Positions 20,224-31,058 are shown, counted from the stretch's first letter. The stretch: DNA of 64,000 nt from Candidatus Xenobia bacterium (GCA_045863235.1 BTUM01000010.1:1-64000); one strand, 5' to 3'. A program made the numbers and translations. Notes: generated from the letters alone by a model not told the origin.

Positions 20224-20332
20224 TAAGCGAATTCGGGGGAGGGCGCATTCGATGGTGCAGGGCCTCATTCAACAGGAAGTCCCTTCGGACCCGAGAAGCA
20301 GCCCGAATCGTGTCGACTCGCTGGGATGGCTG

Positions 20333-23300
20333 ATGGCTCGGAGCTGCATCCTTTCTCGATGCGTGATCTGGCTGCTGGCCGCTTTCATGGTCAGCTGTGG
20401 CGGCCCGGAGCGGACCTCACTTCTTCCGCCCGACCCGGCCAGCGTGGCTCCGCGATTTGCGGACCTGTCGCCCCAGCAGCTGAAAAAGGGTAAGGTCACC
20501 GTCTGTCACCACGCTGGCAACGGTCAGCATCACCTCATCTCCATTTCCGAGCCTGCGCTGGACGCGCATCTGTCCCACGGCGACCAGCTTCCACCCTGCC
20601 CGGGCGGCACTTCCAGCGGGGGCGACTCCACGGGTGGCGCCACGACCGGGGGCGAGACAACCGGCGGCACTGCCGGAGGCGAAACGACCGGAGGCTCGGT
20701 TGGGAGCGAAACCACTGGCTCGACCGGCGGTGCGACCGGAAGCTCGACCGGCGGCGAGACCGGGAGCTCGACCGGCGGGGACACCACCGGCGGCCAGACA
20801 ACCGGGGGAGGCTCCACGGGCGGCACCGGCGCCTCCGATGTCCCCTCCACTCCGGTCCCCTTCTACACGGCCGTCCACTTCCTGGTGGAAGGCGACCCGC
20901 CGGTGCAGACCGATTTCGTGGCAGGCTCGGTGCGTCCCGGGTCGGCGGCCGTGCTCCGCGGCCGGGTGCTCGACGGGGCCGGGGCTCCGCTAGCCGGGGC
21001 CCGGGTCGAAGTGCATGGCCACGCCGAGTGGGGCTCGACGATCTCGCGTGCCGACGGAGCCTACGACCTCCTGGTAGAGGGCGGCCAGACTCTGCGCGTT
21101 CACGCCGAGCATCCGGCTGCCTACCCTGCCCAGCGAACCGTGCGCCCGGCCTGGCAGGATTACTGCCTGGTGGCCGACATCGCGCTGATCGACCGCGCTC
21201 CGGCCACCCGGATCGTCAACAACGCCAGCGTTCTTCAGGTCGTAACCGGCGACTTCAGCCTGGACGCGCGCGGCTTTCGCCGGCCGCTCCTCATGGTCTT
21301 GCCCGGCACCTCGATGGAGCTCGTCCTCCCGGATGGTCAGACCCAGACGACGGCCGTGCTCGATGTCGAGACGGCCGAATATACCGCCGGACCCGACCCG
21401 CTCTGGCGCGACCGGATGCCCGCCTCCCTGCCGCGAAGCGTCGGCCCGACCTACTGCCTGGAGCTATCGGCCGCACAGATTCGCGACGCCGAGGCCGAGA
21501 CGGTCCGTTTCTCCAAGCCTGCAACCTTGTATCTGGAGAACTTCCTGGGCCTGGATGCGGGGCTCTCGCTGCCGCAAGCGTCGTATAGCTTCAGCGCGGG
21601 AGCCTGGCAGCCGGGGCCCGACGGTTGGGTCGTGCGCGTCGTGGCCGAGCAGGACGGGTTGGCCCAGCTCGATTTCGACGGCGACTCGGTCGCCGAGACG
21701 CAGGAGTTCCTCGACCAGGTCGGGGTCACGGCCGATGAGCAGCGCGAGCTGATCAGCCGGGGCCACTCGGTGGGCTCCTCGCTCTGGAGGCTCAAGGTCA
21801 GTCGCTTCAGTCCGTTTGACTGCAACCTGACCGTCTACGAAGGGCGCCCGCCCAACATCACTCCCAATCCCTGCCTGCTCCGTCTGCTGCTCAAGATTCC
21901 CTGCCCCGAGCTCTGGCTCGGAGCATCCTTCATCGACGTGCACAACCAGGTCTTCGGGGAGAGCCTCGGCCTGGTCGGCACCCCCTTCTCGCTCAACTAC
22001 GCCAGTGAGCGCACCCCGGGCTCGGGCACCGACTATTCCGTCCCCATCCGGCTGTCGGGCCCCGAGCTGCCCCTCAGTCCGTCCAACCTTCCCATCAAGC
22101 GCATCAAGCTCACCGTGATCGTCGCCGGACGCCAGTTCGTGCAGGAGTTCCCCGGGTCGCCCAACCAGAGCACGACCTTTACCTGGGACGGTCTGGACGT
22201 TTACGGCCGGCGCGTGCAGGGTCGCGTGCCTGCCACCATCAAGATCGACTATGTCTCGGATGGTCTCTACGTGGGCTTTATCCGGTCTGGCCCGGACCTT
22301 GTTGTCGACCCGGTTACCTGGAGCCGTTTCAACCAGATTACGCGGCTGGTTCCCACCGGCTATGAGGTGAGCAGCTCAGGGGAATACAAGGCCATGCTCG
22401 GCACCCTGGACACGCGAGGCAAGGGCCTGGGTGGCTGGACCCCGGACGTCTACCACAGCTTCGATCCCACTTCGCGCATCCTGTATAAGGGCGATGGCAC
22501 CCGCGAGTGCGACGCCCCCTATTACCACCGCAGCAGCCGCGTGGAGGCGAGCCTCACCCCCTACGGCGGCGGCGGGGGCTTCGGCGATCCCGTCTGCTTC
22601 GGGGACGCGGTGGTTACCGGGTCGGGAGACCTGGTCTACGGAGACCTCGGCGCCCATGTGATTGTGCGACGCGCGCCGGGCCAGACCAGCACTTCGCCCG
22701 TGGCCGGCACGGGCGCGCCCGGGCTCTCGGGCGATGGGGGGCCGGCCCAGCTGGCCCAGATCAACGCCCCGACCGATCTCGAGATGGGCCACGACGGCTC
22801 GCTCTACTTTGTCGACGCGGGCAACCGACGCATCCGGCGCATTTCGCCGCAGGGAGTGATCACGACCGTGGCTGGCAACGGAGAAGCCCCCAGCATCGGG
22901 CCCGACGACACCTATGAGAATCTCTTCGAGAACCAGGATGCCCGCCTCTCGGCCATCCAGCCCGGCGAGATCGCCCTGGCGCCCGATGGCACCCTGTATT
23001 TCGTGCACGACGGCTATCTCGTCATGCAGGTCAGCCCCAACGGCATTCTCCAGCGGACGGCCGGCCGGTTGCCCGTAGCCGGGAGTTACTCCGGCGACGG
23101 CTCCTCGCCCCTGGACACCGATTTTGACCAGCTGGCCGGATTGACGGTCGACCCCAATGGCCATTTGCTCCTCGCCAGCGGAGCCCGCATCCTGAAGCTC
23201 GACGGCCTGACGGTGACCACCGTGGCCGGAACCGGCGTCTTCGGAGCCGAGGCCGACGAGGCCAGCCGGCTCGAAGGTCCGGCTCTGGCCATGGACCTCA

Positions 23301-26300
23301 TGGGTCCCAGAGGCCTCGAGTTTCACGGCGACTCGCTCTACTTCACCGACGGGGTGGCCACCGGCACTCCGGGCGAGGCCGGCGGGGTCATCCGGCTGCT
23401 GCATCCCGACGGCCTCTTGCGCCGCCTGGCCGGGGGCGGGAGCGGCTTCCCCCTGGCCAGCGCTCCTTTGAAAGCCGACCTCGACCGGGTCGGCAGCCTC
23501 GAGATCGGTCCCGACGGCGGGGTCTACGTCGGGCTGGAGAACGCCAGCGATTGCGTCATCATGCGCATCAACGGCCTTACGCCTCAGAGCGTGGCCGACT
23601 TCCCCGAGGACCACCTGGAGGTGCCCTCCCACGACGCCACCATGGTCTACCAGTTCGATGCCAGCGGGCTACACATGAGCACGCGGAGCACCCTCACCGG
23701 GGCGCTGCTCTACACCTTCTCACACGACAGCCAGGGTCGCCTGAGCGAAATCGTGACCGGTGACGGAGAGCTAACCCGCTTCGAGCACGACTCCAACGGC
23801 GCTCCCACGGCCGTCGTGAGCCACGACGGTCAGCGCACCACCCTCTCGACCGACTCCAATGGCTTTCTGGCTTCCGCCTCCAGCCCGGCCGGTCGAACCG
23901 TCACCATGGCCTCGACCCCGAGTGGACTGCTCACCTCCTTGCGAGACCCCAACCAGAACGCCCCCAAACAGCTCGATTACGACGCGGCCGGCAGGTTGGA
24001 GCGGCGGACCGATCCGGCCGGCAACCAGGTGGAGCTGACCCGCACCGAGACCGAGGACGGCTTCGAGGTGCGGGTGACAGACGAGGAGGATCGCCAGACT
24101 CGCTACCTCTATGCCTGTCGCGATCGCAAGCGCCGCGACATCCAGCCCGATGGCACCGAGATGCTTTCCGAGGAGCGCGAGGACGGCGATTTCTCCTCGC
24201 AGCATCCCGACGGCACGCTGGTCAGCGGCGAAAAGACGCCCGACCCGCGCTTTGGCCTGGCCGCGCCCTATACCAGCCGCGCCACCGTCACCAGCGCCGG
24301 TCGAACGGCCGTCATGACTGCGACCCGCTCGGTTGTGCTCTCCGATCAGGCCGATCCCTTCAGCCTGACCTCGCTCACCGAGACCAGCACCTTCAACGCT
24401 CGCACCTCGACCAGCCACTGGAACGCTGTCACCCGCACCCTGACCACAACCTCCCCGGCCGGCCGCACGAGCGTGTCCACCCACGATGCTCAGGGCCGGG
24501 TGCTGACCTCCAGCGTCCCGGGCCTGGCCACCGTGACCAGCGTCTACGATACCCGCGGCCGTCTGACCTCGCAAACGGCCGGCTCGGGCCCCGAGGCGCG
24601 CACCTCCATCATCGTCTATGGTGCCGACGGGTTCGCTCAGTCGCTGACCGATGCGCTCTCGAGAACCGTCTCCTTCGCGCGCGACGCGGACGGCCTGGTA
24701 AACAGTACCACGGGCCCCGACGGTCGAGTCGTCTCCTCGGTCTTCGATGCCAACGGGAACCTGACATCGCTGACTCCTCCCGGTCGTCCGGCCCACACCT
24801 TCACCTATGACAACCGCGACCTCAACACGCACTATACGCCCCCCACCGTGGTGCCCGGCGGCCCCACCGAGTACACTTACAACCGCGCCCGCCAACCGCT
24901 GACCACGCTGCGCCCCGATGGGGATACCGCGACCCTGGTCTACGACGCAGCCGGTCGGCCTCAATCGCTGACCCTGCCGCGCGGCTCCTTCGGTTACGGT
25001 TATGAGCCCCTGACCGGCAGGCTGCAAACGGTGAGCGCCCCCGGCGGCTTCGGATGCGAATACACCTACGACCAGGCTCTGCTCGCCTCCAGGACCCTGA
25101 CCGGCCCGGTCGCGGGGACGGTCAGTTGGGACTACGACAGCGACTTTCGCACTTCGTCGCGCTCGGTCAACGGGGCCAACAGCCTCGCCTTTGCCTATGA
25201 CGCCGATGACCTGACCACCGCGGTGGGAGGCCTGGCCCTGGGTCGCGATGCCCAGAACGGCCTCCTGACGAGCACCACCCTGGGCTCGGTGGCGGACGCG
25301 CTGAGCTACAACCTGTTCGGCGAGGTCACCGGCTACTCGGCCTCGAGCGGCGCGACCCCTCTCTACTCGGAGAGCTACGTGCGCGACGCGCTGGGCCGGA
25401 TCACCGAGCGCACCGAGGTATTGCAGGGCGTGACTACGGTGTGGGGCTATGGGTATGACACCGCTGGGCGACTTGCCAGTGTGACGCGCAACGGGGCGGC
25501 GTTTGAGAGCTACACGTACGACTCGAATGACAACCGGCTGACCAAGACGACTGCGGCCGGGACGACGACCTACGCCCACGACGACCAGGACCGGCTGCTC
25601 TCGGCCGTGGGGCCGGATGGGGCCGAGTCCTGGATTTACGACGCCAACGGTGACCTGCTGTCGCACAACGGGAGCGCGGGGCAGACGAGCTTCGATTACG
25701 AGACGGGCGGGCAGCTCCTGAGCCTGACCAGGCCCGACGGGGACGTGGTGGGCTACGAGTTGGACGCCGGAAACAAGCGGGCCGTGAAGCGGGTGAACGG
25801 CGTGGTGCAGCGGCAGTGGGTGTATGCCGGGGGGCTGCTGCCCGTGGCCGAGCTCGACGGCAGCGGCAACCTGGTGGCTGTGTTCAACGGCGGGTTCATG
25901 GTGAAGAACGGGACGACCTACCGGCTGCTGCGCGACCATCTCGGGTCCGTGCGCATGGTGGTCGACGCGAGCACCGGGACGGTGGTGCAGCGCTTGAGCT
26001 ACGGCCCCTGGGGCGAGGTGCTCGAGGATACCAATCCTGGGTTCCAGCCGTTCGGCTTTGCGGGTGGGCTGTATGACGCCGACACAGGGCTGGTGCGGTT
26101 CGGGGCGCGGGACTATGACCCGAGTGCAGGGCGGTGGACGTGTAAGGACCCGATTGGACTAGCGGCTGGGGCGAACGTCTACGCTTATTGCGGCCAAGAC
26201 CCGATCAACTGTGTCGATCCAAGCGGGCTTGAGATCGAGCCTTGGACAAAGCTTAGACTAGAAATTGGCATGGGTCTGGCGCTGGACACCATGCGCGTAC

Positions 26301-26782
26301 TATTGGGGCCAGCCACCGCTGACCTGCTAGGAGTTCCTCAGCCAACTGCCGCAGCGGAGCCGTTTGTGAACATTATCACGACTCTGGCGCCAGTTCCTGC
26401 GGGGAAAACGACTGCTGGCACCAGACTGGTCCGGAGTGCACCTTGTCCCGAATTCGTTATGGTCTACCACGGAAGCATCAACGATGCTACGCATATCCGA
26501 ACTCATGGATTGGATCCCGCTCGACTTCCTACCTGGCTAACAACTGACAGGGCTGCCGCCCACGAAGCGATAAGCAGCGCGAGGTATGAAGTGAACCAGG
26601 GCTTGGTTCGCGACACAGGAGTGATCGAATCAAGAATACCTAGAAGCGAGTTTGAAAGGACAATGCTCCCACATCAACGACCCTACGTTGGATTTTCTGG
26701 ACACCTAGACACAACAGAGATTGTGATTCGCAGAGGGTTTGAAGAGGCCATAGGTGTCTTTAACAGCCATATTCTTAGGTAA
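20333..26782 (+). CDS. Teneurin-like RHS/YD-repeat lipoprotein with NHL repeats and a C-terminal toxin (putative ADP-ribosyltransferase fold)
   Basis: Lipobox-like FMVSC; Thr/Gly linker; GDGGPA NHL repeats; YD repeats; RHS core PFGFAGGLYDADTGLVRFGARDYDP...DPSG; tip YHGS...WLTT...E; start inferred (ORF opens at 20198). Confidence 0.9.
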   Translation: MARSCILSRCVIWLLAAFMVSCGGPERTSLLPPDPASVAPRFADLSPQQLKKGKVTVCHHAGNGQHHLISISEPALDAHLSHGDQLPPCPGGTSSGGDSTGGATTGGETTGGTAGGETTGGSVGSETTGSTGGATGSSTGGETGSSTGGDTTGGQTTGGGSTGGTGASDVPSTPVPFYTAVHFLVEGDPPVQTDFVAGSVRPGSAAVLRGRVLDGAGAPLAGARVEVHGHAEWGSTISRADGAYDLLVEGGQTLRVHAEHPAAYPAQRTVRPAWQDYCLVADIALIDRAPATRIVNNASVLQVVTGDFSLDARGFRRPLLMVLPGTSMELVLPDGQTQTTAVLDVETAEYTAGPDPLWRDRMPASLPRSVGPTYCLELSAAQIRDAEAETVRFSKPATLYLENFLGLDAGLSLPQASYSFSAGAWQPGPDGWVVRVVAEQDGLAQLDFDGDSVAETQEFLDQVGVTADEQRELISRGHSVGSSLWRLKVSRFSPFDCNLTVYEGRPPNITPNPCLLRLLLKIPCPELWLGASFIDVHNQVFGESLGLVGTPFSLNYASERTPGSGTDYSVPIRLSGPELPLSPSNLPIKRIKLTVIVAGRQFVQEFPGSPNQSTTFTWDGLDVYGRRVQGRVPATIKIDYVSDGLYVGFIRSGPDLVVDPVTWSRFNQITRLVPTGYEVSSSGEYKAMLGTLDTRGKGLGGWTPDVYHSFDPTSRILYKGDGTRECDAPYYHRSSRVEASLTPYGGGGGFGDPVCFGDAVVTGSGDLVYGDLGAHVIVRRAPGQTSTSPVAGTGAPGLSGDGGPAQLAQINAPTDLEMGHDGSLYFVDAGNRRIRRISPQGVITTVAGNGEAPSIGPDDTYENLFENQDARLSAIQPGEIALAPDGTLYFVHDGYLVMQVSPNGILQRTAGRLPVAGSYSGDGSSPLDTDFDQLAGLTVDPNGHLLLASGARILKLDGLTVTTVAGTGVFGAEADEASRLEGPALAMDLMGPRGLEFHGDSLYFTDGVATGTPGEAGGVIRLLHPDGLLRRLAGGGSGFPLASAPLKADLDRVGSLEIGPDGGVYVGLENASDCVIMRINGLTPQSVADFPEDHLEVPSHDATMVYQFDASGLHMSTRSTLTGALLYTFSHDSQGRLSEIVTGDGELTRFEHDSNGAPTAVVSHDGQRTTLSTDSNGFLASASSPAGRTVTMASTPSGLLTSLRDPNQNAPKQLDYDAAGRLERRTDPAGNQVELTRTETEDGFEVRVTDEEDRQTRYLYACRDRKRRDIQPDGTEMLSEEREDGDFSSQHPDGTLVSGEKTPDPRFGLAAPYTSRATVTSAGRTAVMTATRSVVLSDQADPFSLTSLTETSTFNARTSTSHWNAVTRTLTTTSPAGRTSVSTHDAQGRVLTSSVPGLATVTSVYDTRGRLTSQTAGSGPEARTSIIVYGADGFAQSLTDALSRTVSFARDADGLVNSTTGPDGRVVSSVFDANGNLTSLTPPGRPAHTFTYDNRDLNTHYTPPTVVPGGPTEYTYNRARQPLTTLRPDGDTATLVYDAAGRPQSLTLPRGSFGYGYEPLTGRLQTVSAPGGFGCEYTYDQALLASRTLTGPVAGTVSWDYDSDFRTSSRSVNGANSLAFAYDADDLTTAVGGLALGRDAQNGLLTSTTLGSVADALSYNLFGEVTGYSASSGATPLYSESYVRDALGRITERTEVLQGVTTVWGYGYDTAGRLASVTRNGAAFESYTYDSNDNRLTKTTAAGTTTYAHDDQDRLLSAVGPDGAESWIYDANGDLLSHNGSAGQTSFDYETGGQLLSLTRPDGDVVGYELDAGNKRAVKRVNGVVQRQWVYAGGLLPVAELDGSGNLVAVFNGGFMVKNGTTYRLLRDHLGSVRMVVDASTGTVVQRLSYGPWGEVLEDTNPGFQPFGFAGGLYDADTGLVRFGARDYDPSAGRWTCKDPIGLAAGANVYAYCGQDPINCVDPSGLEIEPWTKLRLEIGMGLALDTMRVLLGPATADLLGVPQPTAAAEPFVNIITTLAPVPAGKTTAGTRLVRSAPCPEFVMVYHGSINDATHIRTHGLDPARLPTWLTTDRAAAHEAISSARYEVNQGLVRDTGVIESRIPRSEFERTMLPHQRPYVGFSGHLDTTEIVIRRGFEEAIGVFNSHILR

Positions 26783-26785
26783 GAT

Positions 26786-27115
26786 TTGATGGATGGATTA
26801 CTAATTCAGGCCCGATCATTCGCTCTAAGGCGAGGCTATAGTCTTGGTGATTTATTGGGAATAATTCCGGATGACCAGGTTGACTATGGTCTAGATTTAG
26901 TCAGAATCCCCAAGGACGGTCTCATTGCTCACGCTGCGGACCAGGAAGAGGTTGTGGCAAAACTATTCGACTCCGGGGCAAGTTATGTCCACATAAATGT
27001 AATTCCGTGCGGGAAGGATTTTTGTCTAACGACCCTACTTGGCGCTCAGGTCGGAAATCCAACCCCCAGTGTCAATATTAGCATGGAAACCAACAAATCT
27101 GTTGTCCTCTATTAA
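26786..27115 (+). CDS. Putative immunity protein
   Basis: 109 aa, low GC, starts immediately after the RHS stop. Confidence 0.7.
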   Translation: MMDGLLIQARSFALRRGYSLGDLLGIIPDDQVDYGLDLVRIPKDGLIAHAADQEEVVAKLFDSGASYVHINVIPCGKDFCLTTLLGAQVGNPTPSVNISMETNKSVVLY

Positions 27116-27458
27116 CTGCGGGTTGAAACCACTGGGCTTGCTATTTTCGGCTCTCCTCCGCCGGCGGCGCTCGAAGAGGTCTTGCTTGAGATCCGACGGC
27201 GATCCCCGAACTGGACGGGCATCGGGCATCGGGAGCCCGGGGTGCTCGTACACGAGCTGACGCAGGTAGAGCGCGACCCCACCCGAGCGGCCAGCGGCCT
27301 GCATGCTGGCTGGATTCGCCTGCCTTCTCCCGCAGAACCCGCCAGGATCAACGAACTCTTCAGCAAGTGAAGGTCAAACTTCTCAAAGGCGCCCTGCTCC
27401 ACTGGGGCGGGGGGCTCCAACAGGACTCCCACCCCGGACGGCGCAAGATCCGCCTCCC

Positions 27459-27945
27459 ATGCGCAATCTGCTCTTGAAACTGGCTTACAGCAACACAGCA
27501 ACGTCTGGATCGCTCTGCAGGCGGGCGGGCAGGCCATCATGACCCAGGTCATGCTCGACCTGCCCCTCGACCCCCGGGCCCCCTGGCTCTGCTTTCTGTC
27601 CATGCTCTTCGTCTACACCTTTGCCAAAACGGTGCGGTTCGACCCCACCGCCGACGCCCTCAACGACCCCGAGCGCACGGCCTTCCTGCTGCGCTGGCGC
27701 GCTCCCCTCATCGCTGCCGGCGTACTGGGCTTTGGCCTGGGGGCCTGGCATGCCTATCGCTGGCAGGTGCTTTTCCTTTACCTCTTCCCGGTGCTGACGG
27801 CCGTGCTCTACGACGTCAAGCTCCTGCCCGCGGGCTATCACTACCGGCGATTGAAAGACATCACCGGGGTCAAGAGCGTGGTGGTCGCCGTCGCCTGGTC
27901 GGTGCTGGTTATCTTGTATCCCTGGGCCGCTGCATCCTTGACCAG
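27459..27945 (+). pseudogene. UbiA-family prenyltransferase fragment
   Basis: DALNDPERT and RRLKDITGVKSVVVA motifs; frameshift from an 8-bp duplication at 27487-27502; 3' half absent. Confidence 0.7.
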
Positions 27946-28083
27946 GTCCGTAAGGAACTGTGAGAATGCTGAGAACGTCTTGGTCTGCGTGACCTGCCAG
28001 TTCAGACGACCCCGCAGGCAAGGCAGACCTTCACGAGCTGTCCTCGATGCTGGTGCAGCTGCAGCCCGGCACCATTCAACCCA

Positions 28084-29511
28084 TCACAGTCGCTCGAGCG
28101 TGGCCGTCAGAAACTTCCAGAACTTTTGCACCGAGCTGACCTGAACGCACTCGTCAGGGGAGTGAGCGCCGCGGATGTTGGGGCCGAACGAGATCATCTC
28201 CATGTCGGGGTAGTTCTGACCCAGGATGCCGCACTCCAGGCCCGCGTGGCAGGCGGTCACCTTGGGCTCTTGTCCGAACATCTCGCGGTAGAGCCCGCTC
28301 ATCAGCTTGACGATGGAGGACTCCGGGCGCGGGGTCCAGCCCGGGTAGTCGCCGGAGAGCTCCACCTCGGCCCCCAGAAGCTCGAGAGCGGCCTGCACCG
28401 AAGCGGCCATGTCGTGCTTCTCGCTCTGCACCGAGCCGCGGGTAAGGCACTGGAGGCTGTACTGGCCGTCCTTCACCAGCACCCGGGCCAGGTTGTTGGA
28501 GGTCTGCACCAGGCCAGGCATGTCCGGGCTCATGCGGTAGACGCCGTTGGGCAAGGCTTGCAGAACGCGCAGCAGTCGCCTTTGAAAGTCGAGCTCCAGG
28601 ACGCCCTCGGCCTGGCCCTCCACCAGGCGCAAGCGGAGGTCAGGATCGGTAAGGGCGTACTCCTGGCTCAAAATGGCGGCGTACTCGCGCACCGACTCCT
28701 CGAAGGCGGCCCGGTCGGTTACGGCGACGACCGCCGTGGCCTCGCGGGGGATGGCATTGCGCAGACCGCCGGCGTCGATCCAGGCCACCCTGGCCGGGGA
28801 GGAGAGCAGAAAGCGGTTCATCAGCTTGTTGGCGTTGCCCCTTCCCAGGTGGATGTCCATCCCGGAGTGGCCACCCTTGAGCCCATCGAGCTTCAGGCCC
28901 AGCACGACGTGATCTTGCGGCACCGGCTCGACCGCGTAACGACCGCTTCCCACCACGTCCAGCCCCCCGGCGCAGCCGATGGTGAGCTCATCGTCATCCT
29001 CGGTATCCAGATTGAGCAGGGTGTGGGCCTTCAACCAGCCGCCGCGCAGCTCGCGGGCCCCGGTCATGCCGGTCTCCTCGTCGATCGTGAAGAGGGCCTC
29101 GAGGGGCGGGTGCACCAGGTCGCGTGAGGCCAGCACGGCCATCATGGCCGCTACCCCGATCCCATTGTCGGCCCCCAGCGTCGTGCCCTCGGCCCGCACC
29201 CAGTCCCCCTCTCGGCGCATGCGGATGCCTTCGGTGGCGAAGTCGAACCTGGTGCCCTCGTTCTTCTGGTGAACCATGTCGAGATGGCTCTGCAGGGCCA
29301 CGGTGGGCCGATTCTCCCGACCCGGGCTGGCCGGCTTTCCTATGAGCACGTTGCCTGCTTCGTCGGTCTCGACCGGCAGGCCCAGCTGGCGGGCGAATTC
29401 TTGCATGTGCTGGATGACCCGGGCCTCGTGCTTGGACGGACGGGGGACGGAGTTCAAAGCAGTGAAGTGCTGCCAGAGATCGGGAGGCTGAAGTTCGAGA
29501 AGGTTGCTCAT
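28084..29511 (-). CDS. pepD: Aminoacyl-histidine dipeptidase (M20C)
   Basis: LQSHLDMV, TTLGADNGIG, DEETGMTGA, GGHSG, HAGLECG, IRGAHSPDE. Confidence 0.95.
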   Translation of the reverse strand: MSNLLELQPPDLWQHFTALNSVPRPSKHEARVIQHMQEFARQLGLPVETDEAGNVLIGKPASPGRENRPTVALQSHLDMVHQKNEGTRFDFATEGIRMRREGDWVRAEGTTLGADNGIGVAAMMAVLASRDLVHPPLEALFTIDEETGMTGARELRGGWLKAHTLLNLDTEDDDELTIGCAGGLDVVGSGRYAVEPVPQDHVVLGLKLDGLKGGHSGMDIHLGRGNANKLMNRFLLSSPARVAWIDAGGLRNAIPREATAVVAVTDRAAFEESVREYAAILSQEYALTDPDLRLRLVEGQAEGVLELDFQRRLLRVLQALPNGVYRMSPDMPGLVQTSNNLARVLVKDGQYSLQCLTRGSVQSEKHDMAASVQAALELLGAEVELSGDYPGWTPRPESSIVKLMSGLYREMFGQEPKVTACHAGLECGILGQNYPDMEMISFGPNIRGAHSPDECVQVSSVQKFWKFLTATLERL

Positions 29512-29569
29512 GGGAAATCCCTTCGCAGCCGGGCGCAGGACGCCCTGGTGCGAGGGAGAATCGACCGGG

Positions 29570-30061
29570 ATGAATCGCCTGCTCCTTGTGCCTCTCCTCC
29601 TGCTGGCTCTGGTCTCCAGCGCGATGGCCCAGGAATCCACCGTCAGATCGTTCTACCAGGCCTACATGGCTGCCGTCGAGGAGCACCCGCAAGCCTGGGT
29701 GCAGCACCTGATGCAGGTGCAGGCAGACAACGTGGAGAGCGACCTCTCCTCGATGCTGGTGCGACTGGCCAACGGCAAACCCGGGACCGAGGAGCCCTGG
29801 CTCGACTTCGATCCCTTCAGCAACTCCCAGATGGGCACCCAGAGCTACACCGTGGGCAAGGCGACCTTGAAGGACGGTCTGGCCTACGTGCCGGTAGCCA
29901 TTGCCTACTACCGAGACACGGGTCCCGAGAAGGTGCGCGTGCGAGTGGTGCTGCGCCAGACCGGCTCGGTCTGGAAGATCGCCAATTTCGTGTACCCCGC
30001 CGAGGCCGGCATGGCGGCCTGGGACCTCAAGAGCTTTCTCAAACAGACTCTGCAACCTTGA
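29570..30061 (+). CDS. Exported DUF3828/YbjP-like protein
   Basis: Signal peptide MNRLLLVPLLLLALVSSAMA; LDFDPFSNSQ; WKIAN. Confidence 0.75.
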   Translation: MNRLLLVPLLLLALVSSAMAQESTVRSFYQAYMAAVEEHPQAWVQHLMQVQADNVESDLSSMLVRLANGKPGTEEPWLDFDPFSNSQMGTQSYTVGKATLKDGLAYVPVAIAYYRDTGPEKVRVRVVLRQTGSVWKIANFVYPAEAGMAAWDLKSFLKQTLQP

Positions 30062-30158
30062 GCCTGGTCGGCCGGGTTGGGAAAGCATTCCCCAGGTTCA
30101 ACCTGTCAATGCTCGGGACGGTCCCGTTTGCTTGGATCTTTGATTGTGAGGGAGGATC

Positions 30159-31058
30159 GTGGACAAAGAGCTCGCCCGCCGCGAATTCATGCGCGAGGTC
30201 GGCAACCAGCCTTTCGCCGGCCCGCTGACATTTTTTCGCCAGAAGACCGGGGATGGCACCGGGGCGGACGTGGCCCTGCTGGGGGTTCCCTTCGACATGG
30301 GCACCAGCAACCGACCGGGAGCGCGATTCGGGCCGCGAGCGGTACGCGAGCAGTCGGTGCACGCCTGCATGAGCGAGGCTTTCCCCTGGGACTGGTTCCG
30401 CCAGCGCAAGCTGGTGGACTGCGGCGATACCTGGTACTTCTCGGGCGACCTGGACCAGGCTCTGGGGCGCATCGAGGAGGATGCCCGGGCCATCCGATCA
30501 CGCGGGGCCCGGCTGTTGGCGGTGGGAGGCGACCACACCGTCACCCTGCCCTTGCTGGCCGGACTGGAGGGGGTGGCCCTGATCCAGCTCGACAGCCATG
30601 ACGACCTGGGCGATCCGTTCCACAAGCCCTATCACGGCAGCTTTCTCAACCGGGCCATCGCGGCCGGGCGGGTGGATCCGACCCGATCCGTGCTGGTCGG
30701 CCGGCGCACCCCGCCCTCGGCCCCCTCGGACATCCTGGTGCTGGAGGCCGACTGGCTGGACGAGCACGGCCCGCTGGCCGCGGCCGAGCGCATCCGAGAG
30801 CGGGTGGGAGACCACGCGGCCTATCTGACCTTTGACATCGACTTTCTCGACCCGGCCTACGCACCCGGCACCGGCACCCCGGTTCCCGGCGGACCCACCA
30901 CCGCTCAGGCCCGGCGCCTGCTCAAGGCCCTGCGCGGGATCAACCTGGTCAGCGCCGACCTGGTGGAGATCAGCCCTCCCTACGACGGCCCGGGCCAGAT
31001 CACGGCCCTGGCGGGAGCCTTCGTGCTGGCCTGGCTGCTCGAGCTTGCGGTGAGATAA
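30159..31058 (+). CDS. speB: Agmatinase / ureohydrolase
   Basis: GVPFD, RPGARFGP, GGDH, LDSHDD, FDIDFLDPAYAPGTGTP. Confidence 0.88.
   Translation: MDKELARREFMREVGNQPFAGPLTFFRQKTGDGTGADVALLGVPFDMGTSNRPGARFGPRAVREQSVHACMSEAFPWDWFRQRKLVDCGDTWYFSGDLDQALGRIEEDARAIRSRGARLLAVGGDHTVTLPLLAGLEGVALIQLDSHDDLGDPFHKPYHGSFLNRAIAAGRVDPTRSVLVGRRTPPSAPSDILVLEADWLDEHGPLAAAERIRERVGDHAAYLTFDIDFLDPAYAPGTGTPVPGGPTTAQARRLLKALRGINLVSADLVEISPPYDGPGQITALAGAFVLAWLLELAVR

Noticed and set aside
20600..20840. Repetitive ACCGGCGGC-rich tract
   Set aside because: Explained as the Thr/Gly linker of the RHS protein
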